From Verrucomicrobiales bacterium (lineage in GTDB: Bacteria > Verrucomicrobiota > Verrucomicrobiia > Limisphaerales > F1-12-MAGs170), in the NCBI GenBank assembly GCA_005777315.1, contig SXMN01000316.1, forward strand, positions 208 through 64,207: 64,000 bases of DNA. Reading direction: 5' to 3'. Below the pieces are notes generated by a model. The model saw only the letters and a program-made list of their open reading frames with translations, did no database searches and was not told the origin of the DNA. The translations under genes and the position numbers were made by a program. Shown here one piece after another: positions 20,369-29,885 of the stretch (its first letter is position 1; the number at the start of each line of letters is the position of its first letter).

Positions 20369-21157
20369 CTACTCGTTACCGCCGCCAACATCCGGCTTCA
20401 GCCAGGGTGTTCCCGCATAGTACCATTTGGAGGCCTTAAGTGTTTCAACATGTGAATCGGCGAACGCCACATTGCTTTTTTCCACATGTCGCAGATGCGG
20501 ACCACCCCAATTGGGATCGCCTGCAGAAATTACGCAACCGGTGCATGGATCGTCCTTGGCCGGGTCATGAACAATCCAGCAGCCGGGTTTCTCCGGGGAT
20601 TTTACGGTTACGCACACATTGGGATCCTTCGAATTCTTCGGCTGCGTTCCGCCATCGGTGAGATAGACCGTGGTGGACGGGCTGCGAATATCGCTGTCGC
20701 GAAGTTGCTTCCAGACGCTCTTGTCCCACGTATCGGGCCAGTCACAACCGCCGAGGCGGAAATTGGCGCTGTAGTTCGAAATCGCCTTGTCCTGCTGGTC
20801 GCTCGGGTAAAGGGCGAGCGCCTCCTTGAATTTCTTCGTCTTGCTCGGGCAGAGGATGAGGTTCGTCGTCTGCTGATAAGGCTGGAGGAAATTGAACCAT
20901 GCCTTGCGGGTGACGTTGGCCCCGCGCACCTGGAAGGTGAACGCGTAACGCCCGCCATGGTCGTCCCCGTAAACACGCGAGGCGATGCTCATCTGGCGCA
21001 AATTGCTCATGCAATTGGCCGACTTGGCCTTCTCCTTCGCTTTCGAAAGCGCCGGCAGCAGCATGCCGGCGAGGATCGCGATGATGGCGATGACGACAAG
21101 GAGCTCGATAAGCGTAAAGCCGCGTGAGCAAGCGCGGTGGCGGAGAGAGAGGGGCAT
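20369..21157 (-). CDS. prepilin-type N-terminal cleavage/methylation domain protein, H-X9-DG (DUF1559-like) family
   Basis: N-terminus [43 protein letters not shown] and C-terminal [10 protein letters not shown]. Confidence 0.85.
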   Translation of the reverse strand: MPLSLRHRACSRGFTLIELLVVIAIIAILAGMLLPALSKAKEKAKSANCMSNLRQMSIASRVYGDDHGGRYAFTFQVRGANVTRKAWFNFLQPYQQTTNLILCPSKTKKFKEALALYPSDQQDKAISNYSANFRLGGCDWPDTWDKSVWKQLRDSDIRSPSTTVYLTDGGTQPKNSKDPNVCVTVKSPEKPGCWIVHDPAKDDPCTGCVISAGDPNWGGPHLRHVEKSNVAFADSHVETLKASKWYYAGTPWLKPDVGGGNE

Positions 21158-21271
21158 ACAGACGTGAGTGATGTACGATTATGTGTGAGAACTCAAGACT
21201 TGCCTGCGGAGCTGGAAGAACAAAATGCAGGTTCCAATCAGGACGTTGCATCAGGAACACACGGGCTCTTG

Positions 21272-21445
21272 ATGTCGGTGCATCTGAAAATTGTCGGTGG
21301 AGCGCTGACATGTGCTGCAAGCCAGTCGCAGCAGTATCAATGGCTCGCTCTCACGCCGAACCTGCTGCGGCTGGTGCTGCGCACACAGCCGCGCTCCTGG
21401 CCGACAGCCAAGTTCACCGACAACTTGTGGATGTACTGCTTGATG
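21272..21445 (+). repeat. structured ~170-nt repeat, copy 1 (rod-like imperfect hairpin)
   Basis: Near-identical to 28077-28250. The inner 13-bp stem pairs CCAGTCGCAGCAG (21322-21334) with CTGCTGCGGCTGG (21362-21374). The outer arms pair GTGCATC..TTGTCGGTG with CACCGACAA..GATGTAC. Confidence 0.7.
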
Positions 21446-21722
21446 TTGTAAGCAGCCGGCAATCGGAGCTTCGCTTCTGGTTGTGCAGTGATCGCAACAA
21501 CACATCGTCAGCACGCCATCGCACTGGCCTGAGTCGGCTGGAGAGTGTGAATGGTTTCTTTAGGAGGCGGTAATGAATAAAGGTTGTAACCGCGCTTGAT
21601 CTTTTGCCCATGAACTTCGTTGCTCAATCGTTGCAGATCCCTTTGGTTATGCGCCTCATTCGCGCCTCGTCCTTGGCCAAAATTCCAGCGCGAACCTGAA
21701 AACCTCATTTATTACCGCCCCC

Positions 21723-24314
21723 TTACTCCACAAGAAGCGCGCGAAAGAAACTCTGATGCCTTTGTTTGTTTGAACTGTCGATGATCACCGCTGTCCCCGT
21801 CGCCATGCTGACGCGATCGAGCGGCGTCCACGACGCGAAATCATCGCTGACTTCGATGCGATAGGGGCCGGGCGGTCCTGTCAGAGTAAGGGCGAAAGCA
21901 GCATCGGGCGGCTGGTGTCCCGTGCTTAAACTAAGGATGAATGGGTAAGTGTGAATCGTCACACCTTGCTTGCCGAGAGCAGCCTGCTCGTCCACCAGGC
22001 TTGTGCGCGACAACTGGGCGGAGAGAACGAATGCGGTCAGCGGGTTCCCGGCAAGATTCAATTCGGTGAGGTTGGTGACGCTCGCCGAGAAGGTGAGGTT
22101 GGTGAGCCGATTGCCGCTTAAATCCAGCGCATTCAAGCTCGCCAGACTGTTTGGCACGATGAAATCCGTCAGGCGGTTTCCTCCGAGTCGTAACGTGGTC
22201 AGACTGGGAAGCGCGCTTGGAAAGGAAAGCTGATCGATCTGATTTCCATCCAGCTCCACCGTACCCAGACTCTCCAGGCCAGGTGGCAGGATGAAGCCAG
22301 TCAGGCGATTGCCGCTGAGACGCAGCGTGCTCAAGCGGCTCAAGCCTGCCGGGAGTGTCAGACTGGTGAACTCATTGTCGTAGAGCTCGAGGGTGGTCAA
22401 ATTGATCAAGCCCGCCGGCAATGTAAGTTCGGCGAGTCGATTCCGCCCGAGATAGAGCGCGTTCAGGTTTGTCAATCCATCGGGCAATCTGAGAGTGCTG
22501 AGTTCATTGCCACCAAGGAAGAGGCTGGAAAGGCGTGTCAGCGTGGCAGGCACGGTGAAAATGGAGAGCCGATTGTTGTAAAGAACCAGCGTACTCAGAT
22601 TCGGCAACTGGTTGGGGAGCGAGAAGCTTGTCAATTCATTGCCGGCCAGATTCAGGGAAGCCAGACCGGTCAATCCATTCAGGAAGGCGAAATTGTTCAA
22701 CCGGTTGGATTGAAGATCGAGTGATGTCAGACGCGCCAGCCCTGGCGGCAACGGAAGCACCGAGAGTTCGTTGTCCCCGAGATTGAGCGAAGTAATGCCT
22801 GGAAGTTCCTGGAGGAAATCGAAGTTGCGCAGGCGGTTTCGCGCGAGACTCAGACTGGTCAGGTTTGGGAGCTCCGCGGGCAGGACAAGTTCGGCTAGCT
22901 GATTGCCATCAAGGTTCAATGTGGAAAGCCTTTTCAGATCAAAGAGGAATGAGAAGTCTGTCAGCCGGTTGCCGCTTAGATCCAGTGCCGCCAGACCAGG
23001 CAGCGCAGTGCCGGTGGTGAGGTTGGTGAGTTGATTGCCACTCAGGTTGAGATAACCCAGGCGTCGAAGCGAGTTTGGCAGAGCGAGACTGGTGAATTGA
23101 TTGCCACCAAGATCCAATAAGCCCACAGGAGGAAGCGCCTCCAGGAATGATGGATCGCTTAAATTATTCCCACGCAAGTTCAGCTCATTCAAATGCGTAA
23201 GGCCCGCGGGAATGGCTGCGTCTGCTAGTCCATTGCTGTTCAAATTCAACGTCGCCAGGCTGGAGAGACCATCGAGAAACGAGAGATCAGTGAGTCGATT
23301 CCCGTCGAGGTTCAACGTCGCAAGATTTGTCAACCCTGCCGGTAACGACAGATCGGTGATCTGATTGCTGTTCAGGTCGAGCCAGGTCAAGCCAGTCAGG
23401 CCATCGAGAAACGTGAAGCTTGAGAGGCGATTTCCACTGACATTCAGGCTTTTCAAACCAGTCAAACCTGGAGGAAACGTCGGGCTGGTGAGCTGATTGT
23501 CGGCGAGCTGAAGCGAGGTCAAATTGCTCAGATCCTTGAGAAAGCTGAAGTCCGTGAGACGATTTCCACGGAGGTTCAGATCCGTCAAAGTCGCAAGGTT
23601 TAGTGATGCTGGGAGGCTCGTCAGTAGATTGTCGGCCAGGGAAAGCGAGTTGAGGTTTGTCAGCTTGGCCAGGAAGGAAAAGTCCGAAAGGCGATTGCCG
23701 GTCAGGTCGAGCGACTTCAGGCCATTCACACCATCGGGCAAAGCGAGGCCGGTTAGTTCGTTGAAGCGGAGATCAAGCCTGGGTAGCGACGGCACCGCGC
23801 TCAAGAAGGAGAAATCGGCCATGCGATTGTTGCTAAGGTCGAGCAGGGCCAGATTGTTGAGACCTTCAGGCAAGGTGAGGTTGGTCAATCCTCCGCACCG
23901 GAGGATCAACACGGTCAAGCTGCTCAAGCCCTGCAATGGTGAAAAGTCTTTCGTGCCCAGGTTGTCCACGCAGGCGGGCGACGACTCCTGACCGGAAAGA
24001 TCCAGGTAGGACAAATTGCTCGCGGTTTGCAGTCCCTCCAGGCTCCGGATAAGTGGCGCTGAAGAGCCTCGCCGTCCACGGCTGGCATCCAACACCGTCA
24101 AACGTTCAATGTCGGCAACGGTGATGTCGCCGGAGGGCTTGTTGAGCGTCTTGCGAATCGCGGCTCTCAGTCCGGCGTCCGGGATTTCCACGACCTGAGC
24201 CGTCGCTGTCGCTGTCAGGAGGATAAGTGCCAGAAGCAATGCTCCGGTCAGCCATCTGGAAATGGAAAATGGTTTCTTCAGACCCCTCGTTTCCTTTGCT
24301 CCAAACGATTTCAT
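21723..24314 (-). CDS. secreted leucine-rich repeat (LRR) protein, about 30 repeats
   Basis: Periodic 22-24 aa units LxxLxLxxNxLTxxxxP (for example LTNLNSLSLADNLLTSLP and LTSLDLQSNRLNNFAF). The signal peptide starts at the internal Met MKSFGAKE...LLLALILLTATATAQ (24314). Confidence 0.85.
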   Translation of the reverse strand: MKSFGAKETRGLKKPFSISRWLTGALLLALILLTATATAQVVEIPDAGLRAAIRKTLNKPSGDITVADIERLTVLDASRGRRGSSAPLIRSLEGLQTASNLSYLDLSGQESSPACVDNLGTKDFSPLQGLSSLTVLILRCGGLTNLTLPEGLNNLALLDLSNNRMADFSFLSAVPSLPRLDLRFNELTGLALPDGVNGLKSLDLTGNRLSDFSFLAKLTNLNSLSLADNLLTSLPASLNLATLTDLNLRGNRLTDFSFLKDLSNLTSLQLADNQLTSPTFPPGLTGLKSLNVSGNRLSSFTFLDGLTGLTWLDLNSNQITDLSLPAGLTNLATLNLDGNRLTDLSFLDGLSSLATLNLNSNGLADAAIPAGLTHLNELNLRGNNLSDPSFLEALPPVGLLDLGGNQFTSLALPNSLRRLGYLNLSGNQLTNLTTGTALPGLAALDLSGNRLTDFSFLFDLKRLSTLNLDGNQLAELVLPAELPNLTSLSLARNRLRNFDFLQELPGITSLNLGDNELSVLPLPPGLARLTSLDLQSNRLNNFAFLNGLTGLASLNLAGNELTSFSLPNQLPNLSTLVLYNNRLSIFTVPATLTRLSSLFLGGNELSTLRLPDGLTNLNALYLGRNRLAELTLPAGLINLTTLELYDNEFTSLTLPAGLSRLSTLRLSGNRLTGFILPPGLESLGTVELDGNQIDQLSFPSALPSLTTLRLGGNRLTDFIVPNSLASLNALDLSGNRLTNLTFSASVTNLTELNLAGNPLTAFVLSAQLSRTSLVDEQAALGKQGVTIHTYPFILSLSTGHQPPDAAFALTLTGPPGPYRIEVSDDFASWTPLDRVSMATGTAVIIDSSNKQRHQSFFRALLVE

Positions 24315-24716
24315 AAATGACAATTCAATGAGTTCAGACCACCGACGGAGGGCAGGACAACACCCGACTCCTGACGAACCTCCTCTGTTCAGAAGCGAGT
24401 GAAGACTCGCCGCGGTAGCTGGAAAACTTGTCGCACAAGCGGGCAGATCGGGCAAGAGGGCTTGTCAGCAAGAGGAATGGCCCTCGAAATCCAGCAAGTA
24501 TCCATACCACAACGTCCATACTGAGTAAGCTGGCTCAGGCACACCTATTCTTGCATTGTCGCCTCAGCAGCGAAAGCGCTGGGGACTGGATGGCGAAGAA
24601 CATGGTGCTGAGCTCTCATTACTGGCTCGTTGTTGAGAACGCTTCCAAGATCCGACCGGAAGGAGACGGTTGCGAAAGATAACCAAGGCCGATGATCGCA
24701 ACCCAAACTGCCACAC

Positions 24717-26402
24717 TCACGGCCACTTCCGGATCAGCCGGATCGAATCAACGTCGAACCACGCAGTTCCTTTGCCGGCCCGCAATTCGCACATCGCTTC
24801 GAAATTCCCCATGCCTTCAGTAATTTCAAAATCGAATGCCAGATTCGTCCAGTCCGTGTCGGCTAGGATCTTCTGAGTCAATCGCCGGGTGGAAAGCCGC
24901 AGGCCGGCACCGGCGCGAGTATCGCCTGGATCAGGCACCACGCCCTGGGTTTTGACCCGGCCCTCCAGACGGTACTTGCCGCTTTCGAGCGCCATGCTAG
25001 CGCGCCAGGATCCGACTCCACTGGCATTCAGATCAATTCGCATCAGCTTCTTTCCACTGGCCTCCTTTACTTCCTCGAAAACGGGCTTGCCGAAATCTCC
25101 CTTGCTCTTCCATCCCTTGAGCTTTGCCACGCCTGCTGCATCGAATGTAAGTAATTCAGCAGGGCTGGCGAGTTGCTGGCGCAGGCTTCGACACCGCTGC
25201 TCGATGCGCGAACACAGCTGCCTTGTCTCATAGTCAAAGCTTTTCGCCATACCCTCGCCATTTTCAGCGAAGGCCGGGCGGATGGCGGCCGCGATGGTCC
25301 GGACTCGATTGGTCAGCGCCTCCACTTGAAAGATATTCGTCATCAACTGGGACATTCGCTGCATGTATTGTCGGCGCCCCTCGGGAGTCTGGATGACGGC
25401 TCGCGCCACGAGTCCGTTCATGGGAGGCATGATGGAGTCATTCGGGTTGCCTCGATGGCCACCGGAACCAAACGTCTGATCGAGTCCATGCGGCATGAAG
25501 ATCATTTTGTCCTGCTCCACGTCGTGAAACACCCGGTAATTATTTCGGTTCATCGCGTAACCATCCCAGTGGCACAACATGGCGTCCATCGCCACGGAGG
25601 TGATGAATCGATTCATGTCCAGGACTTTCTCCAGACGGGCGTAGCGGTTGGTGCGATCGGGGACCATCGCCGCATCAATAACGCGCTGGAGCGCGGAGTA
25701 ATCCTTCGGGTTGTCGCCCGAGTTGACATCGAGTGGCGGCTCGTCGTTGATCTCACGCACGAACCCACCATCGTAGAGATTGCCGGAGACGTTCTTGTAA
25801 TGTTGCCGCAGGAAGTCTTTGCCCCAGCCTTCGACCAGGACGTACATGCCCAGATCGCGGCCGTTGAAGTTTACCTTTGCATGACCAGCTCGCGGTGCAG
25901 GCACCCCGGCTTCGATGAACAACTCACGGCAGAGTTTCTCGGACAGATAACTGGGATCCTGAACTGAATTATTCAGCGAGATCTTGTCCCGGCCGTGGAA
26001 GCTCTGCCCCTTTGCAAACTTGTCAAAGTTCAATGTGAACGCGGGCTGATCATCCACTGGTCTGAAGCTCCCAGCCGCTCCCTTCAAATGCAGCGCCACA
26101 TTGGTGTAAATTTTGTCCCCTTCATAAACCGTGGCTTGAACCACCGGACGCTCCTTCTGACTCTGCATGTCGCGGAAACCCCAGTTTTGCTTTCGAAGCT
26201 TGGTCATGCCCTCCTTGGATACTTCGATCTTCAACCGGAACACCTGTGGTTGGCTGAAGATGTCTTCCATCGGAGCCTTCTTTTTGTCGTTGCCCCCGGA
26301 CTTTTCCTTTTTCGGCGCCTTCTCAGCAGCGGATGCCGTCCATAGCGCGCAGGCAAGGGTCAAACTCAACCAAACAATTGCAGGCAGTGAAGTTAAGGCC
26401 AT
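24717..26402 (-). CDS. CotH kinase-family protein, secreted
   Basis: FTLNFDKFAKGQSFHGRDKISLNNSVQDPSYLSEKLCRELFIEAGVPAPRAGHAKVNFNGRDLGMYVLVE and NNYRVFHDVEQDKMIFMPHGLDQTFG match the CotH fold pattern. The signal peptide starts at the internal Met (26402). Confidence 0.75.
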   Translation of the reverse strand: MALTSLPAIVWLSLTLACALWTASAAEKAPKKEKSGGNDKKKAPMEDIFSQPQVFRLKIEVSKEGMTKLRKQNWGFRDMQSQKERPVVQATVYEGDKIYTNVALHLKGAAGSFRPVDDQPAFTLNFDKFAKGQSFHGRDKISLNNSVQDPSYLSEKLCRELFIEAGVPAPRAGHAKVNFNGRDLGMYVLVEGWGKDFLRQHYKNVSGNLYDGGFVREINDEPPLDVNSGDNPKDYSALQRVIDAAMVPDRTNRYARLEKVLDMNRFITSVAMDAMLCHWDGYAMNRNNYRVFHDVEQDKMIFMPHGLDQTFGSGGHRGNPNDSIMPPMNGLVARAVIQTPEGRRQYMQRMSQLMTNIFQVEALTNRVRTIAAAIRPAFAENGEGMAKSFDYETRQLCSRIEQRCRSLRQQLASPAELLTFDAAGVAKLKGWKSKGDFGKPVFEEVKEASGKKLMRIDLNASGVGSWRASMALESGKYRLEGRVKTQGVVPDPGDTRAGAGLRLSTRRLTQKILADTDWTNLAFDFEITEGMGNFEAMCELRAGKGTAWFDVDSIRLIRKWP

Positions 26403-26603
26403 ATCGAAATATCGTTTCTGAGTGTCCCACTCGACCAACTCCTCTGGAGCCGGAAATTTTGACTCCGGGCGGCTTTGTCGTTCGTTACAATTCAGGCAGC
26501 AAACCCCCGGTTGAGCAACCGAATTATGCCTGCGTGTACAATAATTTCGCGATGCCCCTACGAGGGCTTGTTATCCTCGAAAACTTGGATACATTCGCGC
26601 CCC

Positions 26604-27980
26604 GTGAACACCAGTCATCTCTCCAACGTTGGGTCCTTGAAATTCATCACGCACTGGGTTGCGGCCGTTTCTCTGGCAACAGGCATTGCAGCCACCACCA
26701 CGTCCGCACCCGCCGCCGAGGTCGCTCTCAAGCAGGTCGCCCAGGGCTTCACCGCTCCCATTGCGCTTGCGCCACTCACGGACGGCACCGGCCGTCTGCT
26801 GATCGTTGATCAAGTTGGCACCGTGAGCGTGTTGAACAAGGACGGCTCGGTGGGCGACAAGCTTTTCCTGGATCTGCGCGAGAAACTCACCGAGTTGAAG
26901 AAGGGGTTTGATGAACGCGGGCTCCTAAGTGTCGTGCTGCATCCTCGTTTCAAGGATAACGGCAAAGTCTATGCCGCCTACAGCGCCCCTCTGAGAGCAG
27001 GCGCAACCGCTGGTTGGGATCACACGATGAACATTTCTGAGTTCAAGGCCCATGACAACGATCGTGCCTCGGTGGACGCAGCGACAGAACGGGTTCTCCT
27101 CCGGGTGGACAAACCGTACTTCAATCACAACTGTGGACGCATCGCCTTCGGACCGGATGGGTATCTCTACATCGGTGTGGGAGACGGCGGCGGCGCCAAC
27201 GGCATGGACGGACCGGCAGACAAGGCGGCGGGCCACGTGGCCAAAGGCAACAGCCAGGATATGAATCAACTGCTTGGAAAAATCCTCCGCATCGACGTGA
27301 ACAAGACCGAGGGAGACAAGGCGTACGCGATTCCTTCGGACAATCCGTTCGCCAAAGGAGGCGGGCGTCCGGAGATTTTTGCTTCTGGCCTTCGCAACAC
27401 CTGGGGCATTTCGTTCGATCGTGGAGGCAAGAAAGAGCTTTTTGCGGCCGAGGTCGGGCAGGCTTCATGGGAAGAAATCAACATCATTGTCAAAGGAGCC
27501 AATTACGGGTGGCCTCGACGTGAAGGATTTGTTTGCTTCGACGGCAAGAACCCAAGCAAACCGCCCGCGGATTGCCCAAACGTGGATGACGACGGCAAGC
27601 CCTTCACGAATCCAATCATCGCTTACAAGAACTTCAACAGGTTTCCCAAAGATCCCGAGGCTCGTGGAACAAGTGTGACAGGAGGTTACGTGTATCGTGG
27701 AAAGGCGTTCCCGCAACTTCAGGGCAAGTATGTTTTTGGCGACTGGTCCAAAGCGTTCGTCAAGGCCGACGGCGTGATCTATGTGGCTTCACGTCCGGCC
27801 TCGGGCACTGGCGTTTGGACGATGGAGCCGTTGGCGCTCGCGGGCTTTCCTAATGGCCAGATCGGCACCTACGTCTGGGCGTTTGGTGAGGATGAAGACG
27901 GCGAACTCTATGTCTTCACAAACACCACCAACGCACTCATCGGCAAGAATGGAAAAGTCTGGAAGCTGACACCAATGTGA
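26604..27980 (+). CDS. PQQ-dependent sugar dehydrogenase (soluble glucose/sorbosone dehydrogenase family)
   Basis: HNCGRIAFGPDGYLYIGVGDGG, GLRNTWGISFD and GANYGWP are beta-propeller signatures. The start is uncertain: GTG 26604 or TTG 26637 gives the signal peptide (M)KFITHWVAAVSLATGIAA, whereas the ORF-track start is 26475. Confidence 0.8.
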   Translation: MNTSHLSNVGSLKFITHWVAAVSLATGIAATTTSAPAAEVALKQVAQGFTAPIALAPLTDGTGRLLIVDQVGTVSVLNKDGSVGDKLFLDLREKLTELKKGFDERGLLSVVLHPRFKDNGKVYAAYSAPLRAGATAGWDHTMNISEFKAHDNDRASVDAATERVLLRVDKPYFNHNCGRIAFGPDGYLYIGVGDGGGANGMDGPADKAAGHVAKGNSQDMNQLLGKILRIDVNKTEGDKAYAIPSDNPFAKGGGRPEIFASGLRNTWGISFDRGGKKELFAAEVGQASWEEINIIVKGANYGWPRREGFVCFDGKNPSKPPADCPNVDDDGKPFTNPIIAYKNFNRFPKDPEARGTSVTGGYVYRGKAFPQLQGKYVFGDWSKAFVKADGVIYVASRPASGTGVWTMEPLALAGFPNGQIGTYVWAFGEDEDGELYVFTNTTNALIGKNGKVWKLTPM

Positions 27981-28076
27981 CGCGAACGTAGGGGTTTTGC
28001 TCGTTTGCAGCCAAACCAATTTCGCGTTCCATCACTACAGCGACACTTGCGCCTTAGCGCGAGTTTTCCAACCTGC

Positions 28077-28250
28077 TGCATCGGTGCATCCACAAGTCGG
28101 TGGAGCGCGACTGTGCTGAAAGCCAGTCGCAGCAGTAACGGTGGCTCGCCCTCACGCCAAACCTGCTGCGGCTGGTGCTGCGCACACAACCGCGCTCCTG
28201 GCCGACAGCCAGGTTCACCGCCAACTTGTGGATGCACTGCTGCTGCATCG
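28077..28250 (+). repeat. structured ~170-nt repeat, copy 2
   Basis: Same element as 21272-21445. The outer stem pairs GTGCATCCACAAGT with ACTTGTGGATGCAC (14 bp perfect). P2 pairs GGAGCGCG with CGCGCTCC. The inner 13-bp stem is identical to copy 1. Confidence 0.7.
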
Positions 28251-28509
28251 CTGACGCGGTGCCTCCCGAAGTCGGTGACGAGAAGACCTCAAGACCGGGC
28301 ATGGCCGAACGTGGTGCCGGACCGCGGAATCTATTTTCCGCAGGGAGGTGCGAGTTCTTCGAACCCCGGATGAGAACACGGCGCGAACTCCGGTTCCACG
28401 GTCCGGCGGAATGAATTCCGCGCTCCTGTTGCATAGTTATGGCTGAGGAGCTTCTTCGTGCAGCCTCCCGGCTTGTCAGCTTCAACACTCGGCGACACAC
28501 TCTGCTCCC

Positions 28510-29880
28510 GTGAAAACTCCCTTCCAAAGTTCTGGCTCGTGGCCCATCGCCACTGCTCTCGTTGCGATCATTGTCTCGCATTGCCATTTCTGGATTTCCG
28601 CTCACGCGCAGCCGACGTCGCTTGTGCGGGTTGGCACTTCGGCGATGGAACTTGCCGGTGAGGACTCGATGGTCATTGCCGGCGGCATCGGCCCCGGAAA
28701 AGCCAGCGGACAGGAAGGCAAACTGCGCGCGGTAGCGACGATTCTTGAAAAAGACGGGACCAAACTCGCCATCGTCGCGTGCGATGTGCTGATGATGACA
28801 CGACGCACACTGGACCCGGTGGTGGCGGACATCGAGAAGGCCACCGGCATTCCTGCCCCAAACATTCTCGTCAACTCCACTCACACGCATCATGCACCGA
28901 GCACCATGCGGGTGCATGACTACGATCTCGATCCAGTTTTCACGAAGCGCGTCCAGGAGGCCATTGTCAAAGCAGTGATCGAGGCGGCCAGGAATCTCAC
29001 CGATTGCCGTTTTCAATTCGCGCTCGGATTGGAAAACACGGTCGGGCAGAACAGCCGGCTGTTGCTGGACGACGGCATGATTTACTGGGTCGGGCCTCGG
29101 ACGAACTTCGTTCGCGCCACCGGACCGTTTGATCCGGATCTCCCGGTGCTCGCGTTTCGTGACGGTGCGGACAAGTTGCGCGCTTTGCTCTTCAACCACA
29201 GCACTCACACCATCGGCACCCGCCAGCCAGGGAAACGCTCGCCGAGTTTCTATGGACTCGCCGCGCAGGAGATCGAGGCTGAAAATGGCGGCATCGTGAC
29301 CTTTCTTGAAGGTGCTTCCGGTTCGACACACAACCTGAATCTGAACGGCGACGAATGCGCCCGGCACATCAAAGCCGCCGTTCTCGACACACTTGCCAAA
29401 GCTTCTGACCGCCCAGTGAGCAAACTCGCAGCTCTGAAACGTTCACTGAAATATCGCGTGCGCCAGTTTGATGAAGACGCAGAGGAAGCAGCCGTGGCGC
29501 GCTATTGCCGCAAGTATTCACCCGGCTACGCCGAGTACACCATCAAGGTCTTCCGGAATATGCGTGCTGAACTCGCCCCGCATCGCGGTGAAGAGCGCGA
29601 GACATGGGTGCAAGTGCTGCGCATCGGCGATGTCGCGATTGTCGGCGTGCCTGCCGAGTACTTCACGCAACTCGGCCTCGACATCAAAAACCGTTCACCG
29701 TTCCGCCACACATTCGTCGCCGAACTGGCGAACGATTGGATCGGCTATCTCCCCAACCTCGAAGGTCACAAGCTGGGTGGTTACCAGGTGTGGACCGGAC
29801 ATCACAGCTACGCCGAGCCCGGCACCGGCGAACGCATCGCCGACACCGCCGTCGAGATGTTGAAAGAGCTGGCCAAATAA
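28510..29880 (+). CDS. neutral/alkaline ceramidase-like hydrolase (N-terminal domain family), secreted
   Basis: GTG start with a signal peptide. LRAVATILEKDGTKLAIVACDVLMMT...ILVNSTHTHHAPS resembles the Ceramidase_alk N-domain pattern (...THTHsgP). Family-level call only. Confidence 0.55.
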   Translation: MKTPFQSSGSWPIATALVAIIVSHCHFWISAHAQPTSLVRVGTSAMELAGEDSMVIAGGIGPGKASGQEGKLRAVATILEKDGTKLAIVACDVLMMTRRTLDPVVADIEKATGIPAPNILVNSTHTHHAPSTMRVHDYDLDPVFTKRVQEAIVKAVIEAARNLTDCRFQFALGLENTVGQNSRLLLDDGMIYWVGPRTNFVRATGPFDPDLPVLAFRDGADKLRALLFNHSTHTIGTRQPGKRSPSFYGLAAQEIEAENGGIVTFLEGASGSTHNLNLNGDECARHIKAAVLDTLAKASDRPVSKLAALKRSLKYRVRQFDEDAEEAAVARYCRKYSPGYAEYTIKVFRNMRAELAPHRGEERETWVQVLRIGDVAIVGVPAEYFTQLGLDIKNRSPFRHTFVAELANDWIGYLPNLEGHKLGGYQVWTGHHSYAEPGTGERIADTAVEMLKELAK

Positions 29881-29885
29881 GGAAG

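Noticed and set aside
28054-29367. 437-aa minus-strand ORF overlapping the ceramidase-like gene
   Set aside because: It is Arg/Gly/Ser-rich and low-complexity, with no motifs. It is antisense to a + strand ORF that has a signal peptide and the THTHHAPS family motif. Its 3' part is simply the structured repeat read in one frame. It is a typical shadow ORF of high-GC DNA.
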